Source: Candidatus Eiseniibacteriota bacterium (GTDB lineage Bacteria; Eisenbacteria; RBG-16-71-46). From it: a stretch of 64,000 bases of DNA. The stretch spans positions 256,001 through 320,000 of the forward strand of contig CAVQXP010000004.1 of assembly GCA_963717935.1 (NCBI GenBank), in the 5' to 3' direction. Shown piece by piece: positions 16,788 through 27,765 of this stretch (positions within the stretch are counted from its first letter, which is position 1; each line of letters starts with the position of its first letter). The notes under the pieces are model-generated. The model made no database searches. It saw nothing but the letters and a program-made list of their open reading frames with translations, and was not told the DNA's origin. A program made the position numbers and the translations under genes.

Positions 16788-17222
16788 CTAGAGCAGGTCC
16801 TCGAGGATCTCCGCGGCGGTCCTCACAAAGGCGGGGCAGCGGCTCTTGAAGAGGCCCTGCTCGCGGGCGCTCTGCAGCCCCTCGGGTGCGCCGAGGTCGC
16901 AATCGAGCAGTTCCCGGCACACGATCGAGCCGTGCCGCGCCTTGAATCTCGCGAGGAACTCCTGGACCGGCGGATAGGCGCGCTCCTTCGCCAGCGGATC
17001 GTCCGTGGGGGCGCTGCAGTGCCCGAGCCCCAGCGCCATGATCGCGCCGGTCACCGCGCCGCAGGTCTCGCCCGAACGCGCCAGGCCGCCACCGAAGCCG
17101 GCGGCCACGCGCAGCGCCGTCTCGCGCGGGAGATCCGCGGGGTCGGCAAAGGCGGAGAACACCGACTGCGAGCAGGAGAACTCCTGCTCGAACATCCGAA
17201 CGGCCGTCTCGATGCGGTCCAC
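16788..17222 (-). CDS. C_GCAxxG_C_C family putative redox-active protein
   Basis: CSQSV, GFGGG...TCGAVTGA, IVCRELL, CPAFV; GTG start with GGGGAGG RBS. Confidence 0.88.
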   Translation of the reverse strand: MDRIETAVRMFEQEFSCSQSVFSAFADPADLPRETALRVAAGFGGGLARSGETCGAVTGAIMALGLGHCSAPTDDPLAKERAYPPVQEFLARFKARHGSIVCRELLDCDLGAPEGLQSAREQGLFKSRCPAFVRTAAEILEDLL

Positions 17223-17245
17223 TGCGCCTCCCCGGTCCGGTCGAC

Positions 17246-18679
17246 CTACTCCTTCACGCCGTCCAGCTGCTCCTGCAACCACGTCTCGACCTTCCCCATG
17301 ATACCGCGGTCGAGGTTGCTGAGGACGATCAGCGTCCACTCGCCGCGGCGCGCGAGGCTCGCGGAGATGCCGTGGGCGCCGCCCGCCATGGAGTAGCCGG
17401 CGGGCATCGGACCGGCGGCGGCCCCGGGCTCGGGTTTCGGCCCACCGAGCACCCAGCGGCTCCAGGCGGGCCCCGCCAGTTTCGCGTCACGCAGCGCCAG
17501 CTCGAAGCGCAGCAGGTCGTCCACGGTCGAGTAGCCACCGCCCGCCGCGCTGCCGCGGGCCGGCCGCGTGTGGACGTTCTCGCGCAGCGGCCCGTCGCCT
17601 TCACGGTAGTAGCCCATCGCCACGCCGGGCGTGGGGTCGTCCGCCTCGTACGAGTCCGTGCCCTTCATCCCGGCCGGTTCGAAGACGTGCCGGCGCACGT
17701 AGTCGTAATAGTCCTCACCCGAGGCCTTCGCGACGACCTCACCGAGCAGCACGAAACCACCGTTGGAGTAGCGCTGCGAGGTGCCCGGCTCGAACCACAG
17801 CGAATCGTCACGGAACAGGGCCACGTAGTCACGGTTGTGGCGCAGGGTCGAGCGGTCCATGCGCCCGTAGCGCTCGTTGAAGAAGTCCGTCGTCCCGGCG
17901 CGGTGTTCGGCCAGCATCTCGATCGTGATCTTCCGGCCGCTCTCCTTCGGCCAGTCCGGCAACCAGCGCTCGAGCGTGTCGTCGAGCCGGAGCCGGCCCT
18001 GCTCGGCGAGCTGCGCGACGCCCAGCTTCGTGAACAGCTTGCACAGCGAGCCCAGGTTGAAGCGGGTGTCCTCGCGGACCGGCGCGCCGAAGCGGCGCTC
18101 GGCGATCCCGTAGGCCTTGCGGAGCACCGGCGTCCCGTTCCGTGCCACCAGCACCACGCCGGCGAACTCGTCCGCCTGTGTCCGCTCGGTGAGGTAGGCG
18201 TCGAAGCGCGCCGGCAGCTCCGCGGCCGGGAGCGCGGGAGGCCGCGGCCCGACCGCGCCCGGATCGTCGATCCCGTTCAGACGGATGCCCACCAGGCCGA
18301 AGGGCGCCTGGTCCTCGCACAGGAAATCGAGCATCACCCAGGCCCCGGCGCCGTCCTTCGCCACCAGACGGACGAAGCTCGCGTCGGCCTCGACCACGCG
18401 CTCGGGCGTGAAGCTGCCGCCGGCCTGCGCCCGCGTCTGGCGCAGGCGGCCGAGGCGCGCCTCGATGGGCGCCGCGAACGCCCGGGCCGCGAAGTGCTCG
18501 AGCAGCATCTTCCGCATCGCGGCCTCGTCGCCGGAATTGAACGCCTGCAGCCACGCCTTCGCGTGACGGCCCGCCGGCGTGCCGGGCCATGTCACCGGCG
18601 CGCTCGAAGCCGGCGCCGGAGCACCGGCGAAGAACAGCAGGGTCGTGCACACCGCAAGGAACAGCCTGTCGAGCCTCAT
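17246..18679 (-). CDS. Secreted serine hydrolase, beta-lactamase/AmpC-like family
   Basis: Signal peptide; FNLGSLCK (SxxK), YSN, AGGGYST. Confidence 0.88.
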   Translation of the reverse strand: MRLDRLFLAVCTTLLFFAGAPAPASSAPVTWPGTPAGRHAKAWLQAFNSGDEAAMRKMLLEHFAARAFAAPIEARLGRLRQTRAQAGGSFTPERVVEADASFVRLVAKDGAGAWVMLDFLCEDQAPFGLVGIRLNGIDDPGAVGPRPPALPAAELPARFDAYLTERTQADEFAGVVLVARNGTPVLRKAYGIAERRFGAPVREDTRFNLGSLCKLFTKLGVAQLAEQGRLRLDDTLERWLPDWPKESGRKITIEMLAEHRAGTTDFFNERYGRMDRSTLRHNRDYVALFRDDSLWFEPGTSQRYSNGGFVLLGEVVAKASGEDYYDYVRRHVFEPAGMKGTDSYEADDPTPGVAMGYYREGDGPLRENVHTRPARGSAAGGGYSTVDDLLRFELALRDAKLAGPAWSRWVLGGPKPEPGAAAGPMPAGYSMAGGAHGISASLARRGEWTLIVLSNLDRGIMGKVETWLQEQLDGVKE

Positions 18680-18726
18680 CTCCGCCTCCTCTCGCGCGCG
18701 ATGCGCGCCGGGATCGGCGCCCTCCC

Positions 18727-20208
18727 TCACTCCCCCCGCGCCCGGCGCAGGGTATCGAGGAAGGACGCTTCCATCCAGTAGATGTCGATGTTCCCGTTGC
18801 GGGTCAGGCTGTAGGCCTCCCGCAGGGCCCGGAGGGTCAGGGGCGCCTCCGGCGTCGACGCGACCTCGCGTGGCTTCGTCGAACCGAAGAAGAGGTACTT
18901 CCCGTCCGGCGAGACGTAGGAGGAGCCCGCGTTGCCGCCGACGGGACTCACGTCCTTGCCCAGGCACACCCCCTCGCTCCAGCGGTCCTCCGCGTCGCGG
19001 AAGAAGACGTAGTACTGCGGCCGTCCCGGCTCCGCCCCGTCGGTCCGCCCGTTCACGCACGCGACCAGGTAGCTCTCGTCGGGCGAGACGAACGCGTTGT
19101 AGGGAACCCCCTGTCCGTTCACCGCCGCGGGGAGGGTGTCGGGCTCCTGGTACCGGCCGTCCACGAGCCGCGAGCGCACGATCTTCAACTCGTCGCTCCG
19201 CGGCGCCCCGCGCGTGAAGTAGAGCGTGCCGTCGCGGGTGAGCGAGGGGAAGAACTCGTTGCTCGTCGTGTTGACGGGCGCGCCCAGGTCGTAGGGCTCG
19301 CCCCAGGTGCCGTCCGCCTTGCGGTCGGCCGCGAAGATGTTCTGGTTGGCCCAGCCCCCCTTCGTCTCCTCTCCCGCCGTGGGCCGCGTGGTCAGGAAGA
19401 GCATCCGCTTCCCGTCGGCCGACAGGCAGGGCTCGAAGTGAAAGTAGCGCAGATCGGCGGCGAACGGCGCGACCGCGGGCTCGGTCCAGTGGCCGTCCTC
19501 GAGACGCGTGACCATGATGGTGCTGGTCTGTCCCGACATGACGCCGAAGTAGATCTCCCGGCCGTCCGGCGCGATCGCCACGTCGCGCTCGTTCATCCCC
19601 GTGCAGACGAGGCCGGGGGCGAACAGCTCCGGCGTCCTGCCCGGCGGCTTCTGGCCGAGGTACGGCCCGTCGCAGGCGGCGAAGCTCCTGCCCCCGCGCG
19701 CAGTCGCCTCCACCTGGTCCGATGCCAGCGAGAAGTGCATCTGCGCGATGAGCCACCGGCCGCCGCGCTTCTCCAGCACGCCCGTCCAGCGGGCGTCGTC
19801 CCAGCCCATCTTCACGCCATCCCATTCGCCGTGGTCGTCCAGCACGCACGAGAACCAGGCGGCATCGCCGGACTTCGACAGGTGGATCCGCATCTCCTTG
19901 AACCTCGAATCCAGGGCCTTGAACCTGGGGTCCATGAAGACGTCCTCGGCGAGCTTCCGGAACGGCTCGAACCCGACGATGGTGCTCTTCGAGTCCGGGT
20001 GGAAGATGAAGAAGCCCGAATCCTGCGCGAAGCAGTCGAACAGCGCCTGCCTGTCCTTGGTCAGCGCCCAGTCGATCGAGGTGCGGATGACCTTGTCGAT
20101 CTTCGCCTTCTCGGCGGCTTCGTCCCCCCGCGCGGCCGTGGTGACGGCGGGGACGCCCGCGAGGAGGGCGAGGCAGAACAGCACGATCTGGAGGATCCTG
20201 GCTCTCAT
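18727..20208 (-). CDS. Secreted protein with SnoaL/NTF2-like domain plus PD40 (TolB-like) beta-propeller
   Basis: Signal peptide; ARWTGVLEKRGGRWLIAQMHFS; GPYLGQKPPG, repeated (S/A)xDG motifs, DIYW. Confidence 0.78.
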   Translation of the reverse strand: MRARILQIVLFCLALLAGVPAVTTAARGDEAAEKAKIDKVIRTSIDWALTKDRQALFDCFAQDSGFFIFHPDSKSTIVGFEPFRKLAEDVFMDPRFKALDSRFKEMRIHLSKSGDAAWFSCVLDDHGEWDGVKMGWDDARWTGVLEKRGGRWLIAQMHFSLASDQVEATARGGRSFAACDGPYLGQKPPGRTPELFAPGLVCTGMNERDVAIAPDGREIYFGVMSGQTSTIMVTRLEDGHWTEPAVAPFAADLRYFHFEPCLSADGKRMLFLTTRPTAGEETKGGWANQNIFAADRKADGTWGEPYDLGAPVNTTSNEFFPSLTRDGTLYFTRGAPRSDELKIVRSRLVDGRYQEPDTLPAAVNGQGVPYNAFVSPDESYLVACVNGRTDGAEPGRPQYYVFFRDAEDRWSEGVCLGKDVSPVGGNAGSSYVSPDGKYLFFGSTKPREVASTPEAPLTLRALREAYSLTRNGNIDIYWMEASFLDTLRRARGE

Positions 20209-20419
20209 GACAGCCTCCTGCGGGGAAGGAACGGCAGCGGGCGGCATCCGCCCGGTGCGGCCCGGCCTCCGTGACGGCGCAGTCGCCAAGCAGACCGATC
20301 CACGCTACCGCCGCACCGCGGACCGGCGACGACGCGTCGAACCGGCGCGGGGAGCGAAGCCCGGACGCGGGCGCCCGGGGGACGAACGGCGGCCCCGCGC
20401 GCGGGTGCCGTTGCGGGCC

Positions 20420-22221
20420 CTATCTTCGCCCCAGCAGCGTGAGCAGCCCCGTCGTGAGCCAGGGCACGTAGGTGATCAGCAGCACGCCGAAGCCCAGGAT
20501 CGCCAGGATCGGGAGCGTGGCGCGCGCGATCTCGAACACCGGACGCTTGAAGCGGTAGGCCGCCAGGAACAGGTTGAAGCCCACGGGCGGCGTCAGGTAG
20601 CCGAGTTCGAGATTGGCCACGAAGATGATGCCCAGGTGCACGGGGTTGATCTCGAACGCCCGCGCGATCGGCACGATCAGCGGCACCACGACCACGGTCG
20701 CGGAGAAGATGTCCATCAGGCAGCCGACCACGAGCAGGAACAGGTTGAGCCCCAGCAGGAACACCGCCGCCGAGTGCACGTGCCCGCGGGTCCACTCGAC
20801 CAGGTGCGCCGGCACCTGCGCGTCCACCAGTAGGAACTCAGCCCCATGGCCGCGCCGAGGATGACGAGCACGCCGCCGCACCAGCACCACGCTCTCGCTC
20901 AACACCCGCGGCACGTCGCGCCGGAGCCCCAGGTCGCGGTGCACGAAGGTCTGCGTCGCGAACGCGTAGAGTGCGGTGAGCGCCGCGGCCTCGACCAGCG
21001 TGGCGAAGCCGCCGAAGATCGCGACCAGCACGATCACCGGCATGAGCAGCTCCCACTTGGCCTCGTTCACCGCGCCGAGCACCTCGCGCCAGGTGAAGGA
21101 CGTGCGGCGCGCCTGGCCGGTCACCCCCTCGCGGATGCCCCAGGCCATGACCAGGCCGAGCAGGAGCAGCCCGGGCAGCAGACCGCCGATGAACAGGTCC
21201 TCGATGGCGACCTGCGCCACGATGCCGTAGAGGATGAGCGGGAGGGCCGGCGGGAACAGCAGCCCGAGCGAGCCGCACCCCGTGATCAGGCCGAGCGAGA
21301 AGCGTTCACGGTATCGCTCTTCCGAGAGCGCCTTCAGCAGCAGCGCGCCCAGCGCCAGGATGGTCACTCCCGAGCCCCCGGTGAAGGCGGTGAAGAACGC
21401 GCAGACCACCGCCACCACCACCGCCGTTCCCCCCGGCAGCCAGCCGACCAGGGCGCGGAAGACGCGCAGCAACCGGCTCGAAGCGTGGCCCTCGGCCAGC
21501 AGGTACCCCGCGAGCGTGAACAGCGGGATCGCGGCCAGCGTCGGTGAGACGGCGAGCCGGTAGGTCTCGGCCGGCACGGCCGCGATCGGCACGGCGTCCC
21601 GCATGAAGAAGACCAGCGCGACGCCCCCGAGCAGCACGAAGAGCGGACCACCCACCGCGGTCGCCAGCAGCACCAGCGCGAGGCCGGGCCAGAAGGACAC
21701 GTCCGCCAGCAGTTCGGGGCGCTGCCCCACCGCCAGGCCGACCGCGATGCCGAGAACCGCGACCAGGCGTCCGGGCCAGCGGGGCGCCGCGAGCCACGCC
21801 ACCCGCAGCGCGATCAGTGCGAACGCGACCGGCAGCACCAGCTGCGCCATCCACACCCGCACGCCGAGCGCGAGGACGGCGCCCGCGCCGCGCTCGATCA
21901 CGACCATGTCCCAGCTTGCGCGGGCGAGCAGGGTCGAGACCGCCGCCGCCACCGCGGCCGAGAAGATCGCCGCGGCGCGGCGCCACGGCCCGTCAGGGAT
22001 GAAGGCGCCGGTCGCCAGGGACAGCAGCCGGCGCTCGCGCGCGGCGAGGGCCGCGCCGAGGAAGCCCACCCACAGCGTGAGGTGCGGACGAACGTCCCCG
22101 AGCCGGGAACGCCGATCTTGAACAGCGCCCGCGAGACGATCTCAGCGAGCGGCAGCAGCACCATCAGCACCAGCGCCGCGTTGGTGATGCCCCGCTCGAG
22201 GCGGCCGGGGAGGTCCTTCAG
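20420..22221 (-). CDS. dctM: Fused TRAP transporter DctQ-DctM permease (frameshift ~22085, compensating shifts ~20830-20880)
   Basis: AIPLFTLAG, FTGGSGVTILALG, GSLGLLFPP, NLELGYLTPPVGFNLF; N-terminal DctQ part in another frame; start codon uncertain. Confidence 0.85.
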
Positions 22222-23282
22222 CGCACGCCTCCGCCGCTCTTCCGGCGGAACGCGTCACGCTCGCGGCGCGCCAGGTCGAGGATGTCCGGCGGCACCCGGA
22301 TGCCCTTCATCCCGTTGGCGAACTGTTCCGCCGTGGCGCGGAACTGCGTGGCGTTCGCGCCGGTCACGGCGTTCACCCTGAGTCCCCGCTTCTTCATCTC
22401 GGCCACCGCGATGGTGTCCTGGCGCGGCACCTCGATCTCGAGCTTGTGCTCGAGCCGGCGGCACGACTCCATGATCCGCGCGCGGTCGGGCTCGGCGATC
22501 TTCGCCCACGCCTGCTTCGTCATGACGAGCCCACCCACCAGCGGCGCCAGTCCCATGCCCACCAGGTTGGGCGTCATCCGGTACCACTGCAGGGTGAGCC
22601 CGAGCAGCGGCGTGGTCGGGTAGGCGTCGATCATGCCGGTCTGCAGCCCGGTCATGATGTCGGTGGCCGCGAGCGCCACCGGCTGGAAACCGAACTGCCG
22701 CCACAGCGCCACCATCTGGTCGTCGCCCGCCCACACGAACATCTTCGCCTTGCGCAGCTCGACCACCGATTCGACCGGTTGCTTGGTGAAGAAATAGACC
22801 CAGCCACCGTGTCCCCAGGCGAGCAACACGAAGCCCTTGGCCTCGAGGCGCTGCCGGAGCAGCGGGGTGAGCTTGTCGAGCGTGGCGTAGAGTTCGGGGT
22901 ACGACGTGAAGAACATCGGGATGTTGAAGACGTTGAAGGCCGGGTCGATGTTGGCGAGCCCGGCGGTGGTGACAGCCGCCGCCTGCAGTTGCCCGATGCG
23001 CATCTTGCGCACCGCGTCGGGCTCGTCGCCCGCCACGCCGCCCGGGTAGACGCGCAGCACGACCCGCCCCTGCGTGCCGGCGGCCCATTGCGCGCCCATG
23101 TCGCGCATGGACTGGTCCCAGACCGAGCCTTCGGGCACCAGGGTGGCGAGCTTGATGACCTGCGACTGCGCCGCCGCAGGCGCGGGCGCGAGCAGGGTGA
23201 CCGCCAGCGCCAGGATCGCGGCGCAGAGCACACCGGCGATGCCGGAACGGAGGGAACGCCTCACCTGCTGGAGGTCTGTCAT
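22218..23282 (-). CDS. dctP: TRAP substrate-binding protein DctP (TatP type)
   Basis: IKLATLVPEGSVW, YPGGVAGDE..VRKMRIGQL, LQTGMID. Confidence 0.9.
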   Translation of the reverse strand: MTDLQQVRRSLRSGIAGVLCAAILALAVTLLAPAPAAAQSQVIKLATLVPEGSVWDQSMRDMGAQWAAGTQGRVVLRVYPGGVAGDEPDAVRKMRIGQLQAAAVTTAGLANIDPAFNVFNIPMFFTSYPELYATLDKLTPLLRQRLEAKGFVLLAWGHGGWVYFFTKQPVESVVELRKAKMFVWAGDDQMVALWRQFGFQPVALAATDIMTGLQTGMIDAYPTTPLLGLTLQWYRMTPNLVGMGLAPLVGGLVMTKQAWAKIAEPDRARIMESCRRLEHKLEIEVPRQDTIAVAEMKKRGLRVNAVTGANATQFRATAEQFANGMKGIRVPPDILDLARRERDAFRRKSGGGVR

Positions 23283-24244
23283 CAGTTCTCCTGGATCTGC
23301 GTGGTGTCGGAGGGCGCCGGGTCGTCGAGGAAGAATTCGTCCTCGCGATCGAGCAGCGCCCGGGCCTTGCGCTGCAGGACGATCGTGACCAGACGCTGCG
23401 CCGGATCCCGGTCGGGGTCGAACTCGAGCGCCCGTGCCAGCAGCGTCTCGAACTCCCTGCGGTCCTGCTTGAGCACCGAGACGGTCGTGGCGAGCGTCAC
23501 GTAGGGCGAGGCCCTGGTGTCCTTCGACAGCGCCACCGACCGCGCGAAATGTCCCCGCGCGCGCGCCTCGGAGCCGCCCATCGCCTCGGGCAGCGCATCG
23601 AGCAGGATGAGCGCGTCGTGGATCGCGCCGCCCTCGTAGCCTTCGTCGAGCGCGAGCCCGCGCTCCATCAGCGCGCGGATCGCCGGCAGGTCGGCAAGCA
23701 GCTCGGGGCGGTCCTTGCCGAGCGAGATGGCCGAGCCCCACGAGGCCGCGGTCCAGTAGAGCATCGGGAGGTGGCGTCTCTGGATGCGCGCCGCGGCCTT
23801 CACCGGGTCGAGCTCGAGCTGCCCGGAGATGCCCCGATAGCGCTTCTCGAGGCCGCGCAGCCCGTAGCCGCGCGCGCGCAGGTAGAGCCTGAGCGCGCGC
23901 TCGTGCAGCACCGTGGCGCGCGGGTAGTCGCTGTTCACCAGCAGGTCGCCCTCGGCCTGCACGAACGCGTAGGAGTACTGCGTGAAGCCTTTGCAGAGGG
24001 TGAGCAGCAGGCCTTCGTGCTCCGGCGCTACCGCGAGCAGCGACTCCATGGTCTTCAGGCCGAACGGCAGCGCGTCGCGCACCAGCTCCGGGTCATCGTC
24101 GGTGCCGTAGACGTCCACGCCGCCGGTGAGCGAGTTGGCGACGCTCCCGACCGCCCAGCGCTTGACCGAGCACGAGGAAAGCACCGACGAAAGCGCGAGG
24201 AGCAAGGCGAGCGCGACGACCAGGCGCGGTGCACGGGAGGACAT
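23282..24244 (-). CDS. TRAP T-component lipoprotein TatT
   Basis: Lipobox LSSC; DDPELVRDALPFGLKTMESLL; helical; first gene of the T-P-QM operon. Confidence 0.85.
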   Translation of the reverse strand: MSSRAPRLVVALALLLALSSVLSSCSVKRWAVGSVANSLTGGVDVYGTDDDPELVRDALPFGLKTMESLLAVAPEHEGLLLTLCKGFTQYSYAFVQAEGDLLVNSDYPRATVLHERALRLYLRARGYGLRGLEKRYRGISGQLELDPVKAAARIQRRHLPMLYWTAASWGSAISLGKDRPELLADLPAIRALMERGLALDEGYEGGAIHDALILLDALPEAMGGSEARARGHFARSVALSKDTRASPYVTLATTVSVLKQDRREFETLLARALEFDPDRDPAQRLVTIVLQRKARALLDREDEFFLDDPAPSDTTQIQEN

Positions 24245-24250
24245 GCCCGC

Positions 24251-24280
24251 ACGCTAGCGCGGGGCCGGAGAGGCGGTCAA
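24251..24280 (-). promoter_or_regulatory. Sigma70-type promoter for the TRAP operon, probably leaderless
   Basis: TTGACC-N18-TAGCGT, 6 nt before the ATG at 24244; no RBS. Confidence 0.55.
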
Positions 24281-24332
24281 GCGCGGTGGGACGTGACCTG
24301 CCAGCGCGTGCGATCGAACCGCGTGGCCGCCC

Positions 24333-24968
24333 TCAGGCCCCGCGGCGGGCGATCAGCACGGCGTAGCCGGGGTTGCCGTCGCGGGGCTCGGAGCCCTCTG
24401 CCTCGATCACGAGCCCGGCTTGCGCGAACCAGCGGCGGTAGGTCCCGACGTCGGCCTGGCTGTAGTACATCCGCACCCCCGGCACGCCGCGCCAGTCCTT
24501 CTCGACCCCGGTCCATGGCTCCTTGCCGACCATGGCGAGGAACCGCCCGCCGGGCACCAGCCAGCCGGCCACGCGCGCGATCAGCGCGGGCTGATCGGCG
24601 AGCGGCACGTTGAAGATGGAGTAGAACGCGACCACCGCGTCGAAGGAGCCCGGCTCGAGCTCGACCGTCGTCATGTCGGCGCAGACGAAACGCGCCTGCG
24701 GCACCAGCGCTCGCGCGCGCTCGATCTGCACCTGCGACAGGTCCACGCCGGTCACGGCGCAGCGCTTCACCAGCTCCTGCGCGACCGGCACGCCGCAGCC
24801 GCAGCCCAGGTCGAGGACGCGCGCGCCGTCCGCCAGCAGGGGAGCGAGCCGGCCGAGCCAGTACGCGTAGCCGGAGCCCGCGAGGTCGAAGGTGTCGCCC
24901 CGGTAGGCGCACGACGCCAGGTCGTACCCCACGCGCACCAGCTCCCGGGGATCGGTGATGTGGTCCAT
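24333..24968 (-). CDS. Class I SAM-dependent methyltransferase
   Basis: VLDLGCGCG, GVDLS, SFDAVV, LVPGGRF. Confidence 0.9.
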   Translation of the reverse strand: MDHITDPRELVRVGYDLASCAYRGDTFDLAGSGYAYWLGRLAPLLADGARVLDLGCGCGVPVAQELVKRCAVTGVDLSQVQIERARALVPQARFVCADMTTVELEPGSFDAVVAFYSIFNVPLADQPALIARVAGWLVPGGRFLAMVGKEPWTGVEKDWRGVPGVRMYYSQADVGTYRRWFAQAGLVIEAEGSEPRDGNPGYAVLIARRGA

Positions 24969-25250
24969 GGGGCGCTCCGCCGCCGGCCGTTCCACCGTCA
25001 GTCCTCGCCGATGTCGCCGAGCAGGGTCCTGGCCATGCCATCCTCGCGGGCGAGCGGGTAGGGGGTGATGAGCTGCGAACCGACGCAGCCCGCCGCGGCG
25101 TGATGAGGTCGCCGCGGCTCGTGCGGTCCCAAGGGTCGGCTGAGAATACCACCAGCCGATCGAGCGGCGCGCCCGCCGCGTGAGGGGCTGACGGGCGACC
25201 GCGACCGGGGCGAGGGCCTCGGGCGCACGCGGTGAGCTATGCTACCGGCC

Positions 25251-26399
25251 ATGCGCGACCCCGCCCTGCTCGAGGAATGCCGCGCGCTCCGCCACGCGGT
25301 CGAGCGCCACGCCACCCTCGAGGCGCTGCGCGCCGCGCCCGGGTGGCCGGGGCTCGACGCGCGCCTGCGGCGCCTGCTCGGCGCGACCCGCCTCGTCCCT
25401 GCACGCTCGCTCCCGCCCCCGTCACCCGACCCCACGCGCGTGCGGGCCGTGCATTGGAACCTCGAGCACGGCAACGAGTACCGACAGATCGAACGAGCGC
25501 TGCTCACTCACGCCGAACTGCGCGACGCCGACCTGGTCCTCGTCAACGAGGTGGACCTCGGCATGGCGCGCTCCGGCGACCGTGACGTCGCCGCGGACCT
25601 CGCCCACGCGCTCGGGCTCCACGGCGTCTTCGCCCCGCTCTTCCTCGAGACCACGTCCGGCCGCGACGACGACGTGCGCTCGGCAGCCGGCCGCGAGAAC
25701 GCGGAGGGCCTCTTCGGCGTCGCCATCCTCTCGCGCTGGCCCATCGTCGAGGCGCGCATCGTGGACCTGCCGAGTCCCGAGCGGATCCAGTTCGACGTCG
25801 AACGGATGGTCGGACGGCACATCGGCCTCGTGGCCGCGATCGAGCGCCCCGGCGCGACGTTCGTGGCGGTCTCGACGCACCTCGAGGTCCACCGCACGCG
25901 CATGCACCGTGCGGCACAGGCACGCGCGCTGGCGGGCGCGCTGCGTGACGAGACCCGCCCCGTGATCCTCGCGGGCGATTTCAATTCCCACACGTTCGAT
26001 CGCGGGCTGTGGCACGCGCCGCTGGCGGGCGCGCTCGCCCTGTTGCTGACACCCGGCGGGGCGCTCCAGCGCCGGCTGCTCCATCCCGACCGGGGCCCGG
26101 CGCGCGAGCCGCTCTTCGACGAGCTGCGCGACGCGGGTTTCGAGTGGGCGCCGTTCGTGGACCGCGAGCCCACGCTGCGGCTGCGTTTCGAGCGCCTGGA
26201 CGAACTGCGCACGCTCTTCGGCCCGGCGCACGCGCTGGCGCGCCGGGCGCTGGCCCGGGCCGAGCGGCGCGCGCGGCTGCGGCTCGACTGGTTCGCGGGG
26301 CGCGGCTGGCGCGGCGGCCGCGGATTCACCGTGCCGGACCTCGACGGCCCCGGGCGCGCCTCGGATCACGCGCCGCTCGTGGCGGAGTTCCGGCCGTAG
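25251..26399 (+). CDS. Endonuclease/exonuclease/phosphatase (EEP) family protein
   Basis: HWNLE, NEVD, GVAILSRWP, THLE, LAGDFN, LDWF, SDH. Confidence 0.88.
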   Translation: MRDPALLEECRALRHAVERHATLEALRAAPGWPGLDARLRRLLGATRLVPARSLPPPSPDPTRVRAVHWNLEHGNEYRQIERALLTHAELRDADLVLVNEVDLGMARSGDRDVAADLAHALGLHGVFAPLFLETTSGRDDDVRSAAGRENAEGLFGVAILSRWPIVEARIVDLPSPERIQFDVERMVGRHIGLVAAIERPGATFVAVSTHLEVHRTRMHRAAQARALAGALRDETRPVILAGDFNSHTFDRGLWHAPLAGALALLLTPGGALQRRLLHPDRGPAREPLFDELRDAGFEWAPFVDREPTLRLRFERLDELRTLFGPAHALARRALARAERRARLRLDWFAGRGWRGGRGFTVPDLDGPGRASDHAPLVAEFRP

Positions 26400-26555
26400 C
26401 CGAAACCAGCGCGACATCGGGCGGGTGGCGGAAGGCGCTCCGGGCGAGCGCTCGGTCGCGCCCGTACCCGCCCGCCTTGCCGCGTCCGGCGGCGCCCGGC
26501 TAGAGTCCCGGGTCCGAACACGACCTTCCGGCCCCTTCCCACGCTCGGAGCCCGC

Positions 26556-27678
26556 ATGCCGCTTCCCGCCCCCAACACGCTGGCCATCATCGGCGCCGGT
26601 CCGGTCGGGCTCGAGGCCGCCCTCGCGGCACTCGATCACGGCTTCGACGTGCAGGTGCTCGAACAGGGCGAGGTGGGCTCTCACCCGCTCGCCTGGGGCC
26701 ACGTGCGGATGTTCACGCCCTGGCGCATGAACCTGGGGAAGCACGCGCGCGCGCACCTCGAAGCGACGGGCTGGACCGCGCCCGGGCCCGAGGCCTGCCC
26801 CACCGGGCTCGAGCTGGCCGAGCGCTACCTGCAGCCGCTCGCGGAACTGCCCGAACTGGCCGGACGCATCCACCCGTTCACGCAGGTCGTGCAGGCGAGC
26901 CGGCACGGTCTCCTGCGCGGCGAGGGCTCGGACGCGGGCACGCGCCGCGCGCGGCCCTTCCGCCTGCTGGTGCGCGACCAGGGCGGGCGGGAGAGCTTCC
27001 ATCACGCGTTCTCGCTGGTGGACGCCTCGGGTGTGTACGCCAACCCCGACTGGGCCGGCACCGGCGGCATCCCGGCGCGCGGCGAGCTGTATCTGAGGCC
27101 GCAACTCGCCTATCACGTCGAGGACGTGCTGGGCCTCGACCGCGAGAGATACGCGGGCCGGCGCACCCTCGTGATCGGCGAGGGCGCCTACGCGGCGACG
27201 ACGGTAGCGGCCCTCGCGCGGCTCGCCGACGAGGCGCGCGGGCACGACCGTGGCGTGGGTCACGCGCGCGGTCGCGGCCGACATCTTCCCGGCAGCGGAG
27301 CACGATCCGCTGCCCGGACGACGGGAGCTGCGCACCCGGGCGCGAGCGCTCGCCGCTGGCGCGCACCCGGCGGTGGCGCACGTCGGCGGTGCCGAGGTCG
27401 AGGAGTTCGAGTTCAACTCGGCCACGCACCGCTACCGCGTGATCCTCGCCGCGGGCGACGCGACGCGCACCGAGGAGGCGGACCGCGTCATCGTCAACGT
27501 GGGCTTCGGGCCCGACGAGACGCTCTGCCGCGAGCTCGACGAGGACGAGCCGCAGTTCTTCGCGCTCGGCCAGGGACCGCACGGGCGCGAGCCGGACTTC
27601 CTGCTCGAGACCGGCTACCGGCAGGTCGGGGACGCGGTCGCGCGGCTCGCCGACGGGATGCGCGCGAGCGCTCCGTAG
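26556..27678 (+). CDS. FAD/NAD(P)-dependent oxidoreductase (flavin monooxygenase/ArsO-like), frameshift ~27240
   Basis: IIGAGPVGL, WGHVRMFTPW, VDASG, second motif VIGEGAYA; continues in ORF 27250-27678 (GYRQV). Confidence 0.75.
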
Positions 27679-27765
27679 TCTCCCCGCGGCCCCGGCGCGC
27701 CGTGGGCCCCACCGGGCACCCTCCACCACTCCCCCACCCCGGCGCGCGGTGCTACCCTGCGCCGC

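Noticed and set aside
17246..18679. True antibiotic-resistance beta-lactamase
   Set aside because: SxxK and YxN are shared by many esterases and peptidases; no KTG motif (MAGG instead)
24998..25140. 12-aa ORF MARTLLGDIGED and a possible structured RNA upstream of the methyltransferase
   Set aside because: Too short to support; no recognisable riboswitch or ribozyme consensus
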